DNA from: Amoebophrya sp. A120
Taxonomy: Eukaryota; Protista; Dinoflagellata
Direction of reading: 5' to 3'
DNA: 64,000 nt
Assembly (NCBI GenBank): GCA_905178155.1
Contig: CAJINV010000001.1
Span: forward strand, 6,233,860-6,297,859
Shown here in pieces: positions 61,366 to 64,000 of the stretch. The position numbers were made by a program, and so were the translations under genes. The notes under the pieces are model-generated. The model had not been told where the DNA came from. It saw only the letters and a program-made list of their open reading frames with translations, and did not search any database. Numbering within the stretch: position 1 is the stretch's first letter; each line of letters starts with the position of its first letter.

Positions 61366-62957
61366 ATGTCGGGTTGTTGCGCGGGGCAGATCAACAAAGA
61401 GACGCAGGACCTGTGCGACTTTTCCGGGTGGACGGCCAGAAGCCAGAATGAGTTCTACGATGTGTGGCGCTTGCGGCTGAAGCCGATGCAGGGAAAGACC
61501 GCCTTGATTACCGGCGCCACCACCGGCATCGGCCGGAAGCTGGCGGAGGAGTTCTCCCGGTTGGGAGCTACCGTGATTATGTTGAACCGGCCCTCGGAGC
61601 GCGCGGACACAGCCCTCGCGGAAGTTTCCAAAATCGCTGCGCTTGCCGGAGAAACCTCTGGCTCGAAAATGGCCGCTGGAGTGCATCATGTCGACTGCGA
61701 CCTGCAAGAGTTGGAGTCCGTTCGGGCAGCCGCTGAACGAGTGGTGCAGCAATTGGCTGGGTCAGGGTCAGAATTGAAGGGCATTGACTATTTGATGCTC
61801 AACGCGGGTTTGATGCTCACGGAGGATAGAGCCACACCGGACGGGTTCGATATACAAATGCAGGTACTTACGGGCGTATTTCTTCATCAATTTTCGCAGC
61901 CAGATTTTCAATAGAAGCAGACATCTGCTTTCTATTTGTTCGTGAGGATTCAGACTAGAAGGAGAGAGTCCTTTTTCTGAGGCGGGGTCGCGGTCGTGCT
62001 ATTGGTGGGGCCTTGATGTTGATGGAAACTTGCAATCACAGTGATAATTTTACCATTTTACAACTATCACCATAAAAAAATCGAGCAGCTACCCATTCAG
62101 GCGATAATGAGACTGAGAGGTCGTAAAAGGGAATTCTAAGCAGGCGAAAACGCCGAACAGAATAAATTCATGATCACCATAAAAAAATGCAGGTGAACCA
62201 CCTTTCTCAGTTCCTGTTGACCAAGTTGGTTTGGAATCTGGTGGAACTTGCGGCCACGACGCGCGGCGACTGCCGTGTCATCACAAATACTTCCACTGCC
62301 TACCTGTGGTCGTCCTGCAAAATTTTGAGCCCCTGGCCCTGCTTTAGCAAGACCATTCGTCCCAAGTACATGCAGAAAAATGGCGGGAAGCTAGGCGGGA
62401 ACTTCGGTTTGCCGCTGGCCCCGTTGGGACCGCGGATGTACCGCTATGCGCAATCCAAGCTGGCCAACATCGTTTTTACTGCGGCGCTGGACGACCGCGT
62501 GCGCAAAAGCGCGGTGGTTGGAGCTGGTGTTGGAGTGGACGGCGCAGACAAGAAAGCAGAGGGAGGCCCGAATCCGAAAATTCGCTGCATCACAGTGATG
62601 CCGGGAGTCTGCATGGAGACGGAGTTGCTTGCCGCGTCGAAAAGGGGTAAGGGGGGCGGGATGCGGGAGCACTCCAAGTTTCTGTTCAACCTCGGCGGGC
62701 ACGGAATCAAGACTGCCACTATATGCATGTTGATGGCGGTTGTGCATCCGGATATCGAGAGTGGCAGTCTCGTTGAACCGAAATACTGGCACAAGCTGCT
62801 TATGATGGGTTTCGGCCGCAACCATACCCACGGGCCGCCCATGGTGCCGGCGCGGAAGGCGGAGGCGCCGCATTTCATGACGGCGGAAAAAAACAAGGAA
62901 CTGCTTTGGAGCTGCAGTTTGGAAGCCGTCGGCGAAAAAGAATTTGACATTGCATAG
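61366..62957 (+). CDS. Short-chain dehydrogenase/reductase (retinol dehydrogenase/WWOX-like)
   Basis: TGATTGIG, CDLQEL, LNAG, DGFDIQMQVNHLSQFLLT, YAQSKLAN. GT-AG intron 61864-62192. Confidence 0.92.
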
Positions 62958-63907
62958 TACGTATGGCGACGACGTTTCGACCTTTTTATCTCGTCTCTGG
63001 ATCGCGGTTATTTTGCGTCCGTTGTTTCAACAAGTCAGGATCTAGCATTGTGCAAATTTTTCTATAAATTGTCCTGACATCGTTTCTACTGGTGTTCTTG
63101 CACTGGTGAACCAACAACTTAAAAGGCTTACCCTTTACTGTAAAGCAAAAGCAAAAAAACGCGAGATATTTGTTTCTCACTGTAACAGCAACGTCGAATT
63201 GAAATCAGTCGGTACTAGGGACGAGGAGTGTTGAAGTAGTAAGCTGTCGGTGCTTCGTGGTGATCAGCCCTCTTCCGTCTCACGACCTAGTGTCAGTCGT
63301 TCTCTCGGTCAGCTAGTACAACATGGTAAGGATCAAGACATCGGTGTACCCCAATTTTGTCCGTTGATAATTTTGCCAGAACGGAGATGTCACTCGTCCT
63401 TTCTCTGCTGATGGTGCTTCTACACTCATTTCTTGTACCAGCATGTAGACGTACAAATACGACTCGGTTTCACCAAATAGCGCCAGCGTCAGAGATGTGT
63501 CGGTGCCTCTGCAACACAGTTTTCCCAACTTCCATGTCGTCCATCGGTTGTGCTCGTCAGAATCGCGATAATATGTCGGTTACGGTTTCTTCAACATGGC
63601 TGACAAACAAGTACCGTCGGTTTTCGACGCGGTTCTGTCATTGAGCCTGACAAAAATCAATATTCTTCACCCACACAACTAAAACTCCACAGTACGTATC
63701 CTATCGCTAAACTACACTTTCACAATCTGAATCTTCACTTATCACGTCAGACCCCCATTTATTTCTTTCGCTTTCTGCTTTTGACACACAATGAATTCCT
63801 GGCGCCGCGGAGGCGTGTAGTACAACCATCGTTTTAATCCGATTTTTTTCTTGAGTCGCCCCCTGTTGCTTGTGCGTTTGCCTCCCCCTTCCAAAACCAA
63901 AACCAAA

Positions 63908-64000
63908 ATGTCGCATATCCGGGCCAAGCCTCCGAGGCGGCCCACCGGGGGACCGTCAATCGTAATCCCGCGGGGGGCACGGACTTCCTACCTGCAGCCA
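63908..64000 (+). CDS. Probable start of next gene (truncated by window edge)
   Basis: ATG after an A-rich leader (AACCAAAATG); GC-rich frame open to the window end. Confidence 0.4.
   Translation, partial: MSHIRAKPPRRPTGGPSIVIPRGARTSYLQP

Noticed and set aside
1-64000. tRNA, rRNA, snRNA genes or an alternative genetic code
   Set aside because: No such RNA structure was recognised by eye. All three stop codons terminate genes, and internal stops in the gene models fall within introns.

Overview
Eukaryotic, gene-dense window. All ~18 supportable protein-coding genes lie on the + strand and many contain short introns. The co-orientation, gene content and non-canonical repeat-flanked introns suggest a syndinian dinoflagellate parasite (Amoebophrya-like); this is an inference from style, not a database match. 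Recognisable products: secreted coiled-coil protein, HAD hydrolase, large EF-hand protein, bestrophin, SHIPPO/ODF3-repeat protein, SUN-domain protein, aspartic protease, GH5 endoglycoceramidase, three tandem paralogues with an F-box-like motif, Man1/Src1-like protein, APH/hydroxylysine-kinase-like protein, an AT-hook + TET/JBP-like 2OG-Fe(II) dioxygenase and an SDR. There are two highlights. (1) Six MITE-like elements (TAT...ATA termini, terminal inverted repeats, exact 5-bp target duplications) interrupt coding sequence, five of them in the bestrophin gene. Removing each element plus one duplication restores the reading frame, although no GT-AG or GC-AG register exists, and every duplication contains GT or GC. 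(2) A split ORF reassembles into a TET/JBP-like dioxygenase with an AT-hook and a PIP-box-like tail, a candidate DNA base-modifying enzyme. All gene models were spliced by hand and have no RNA support.
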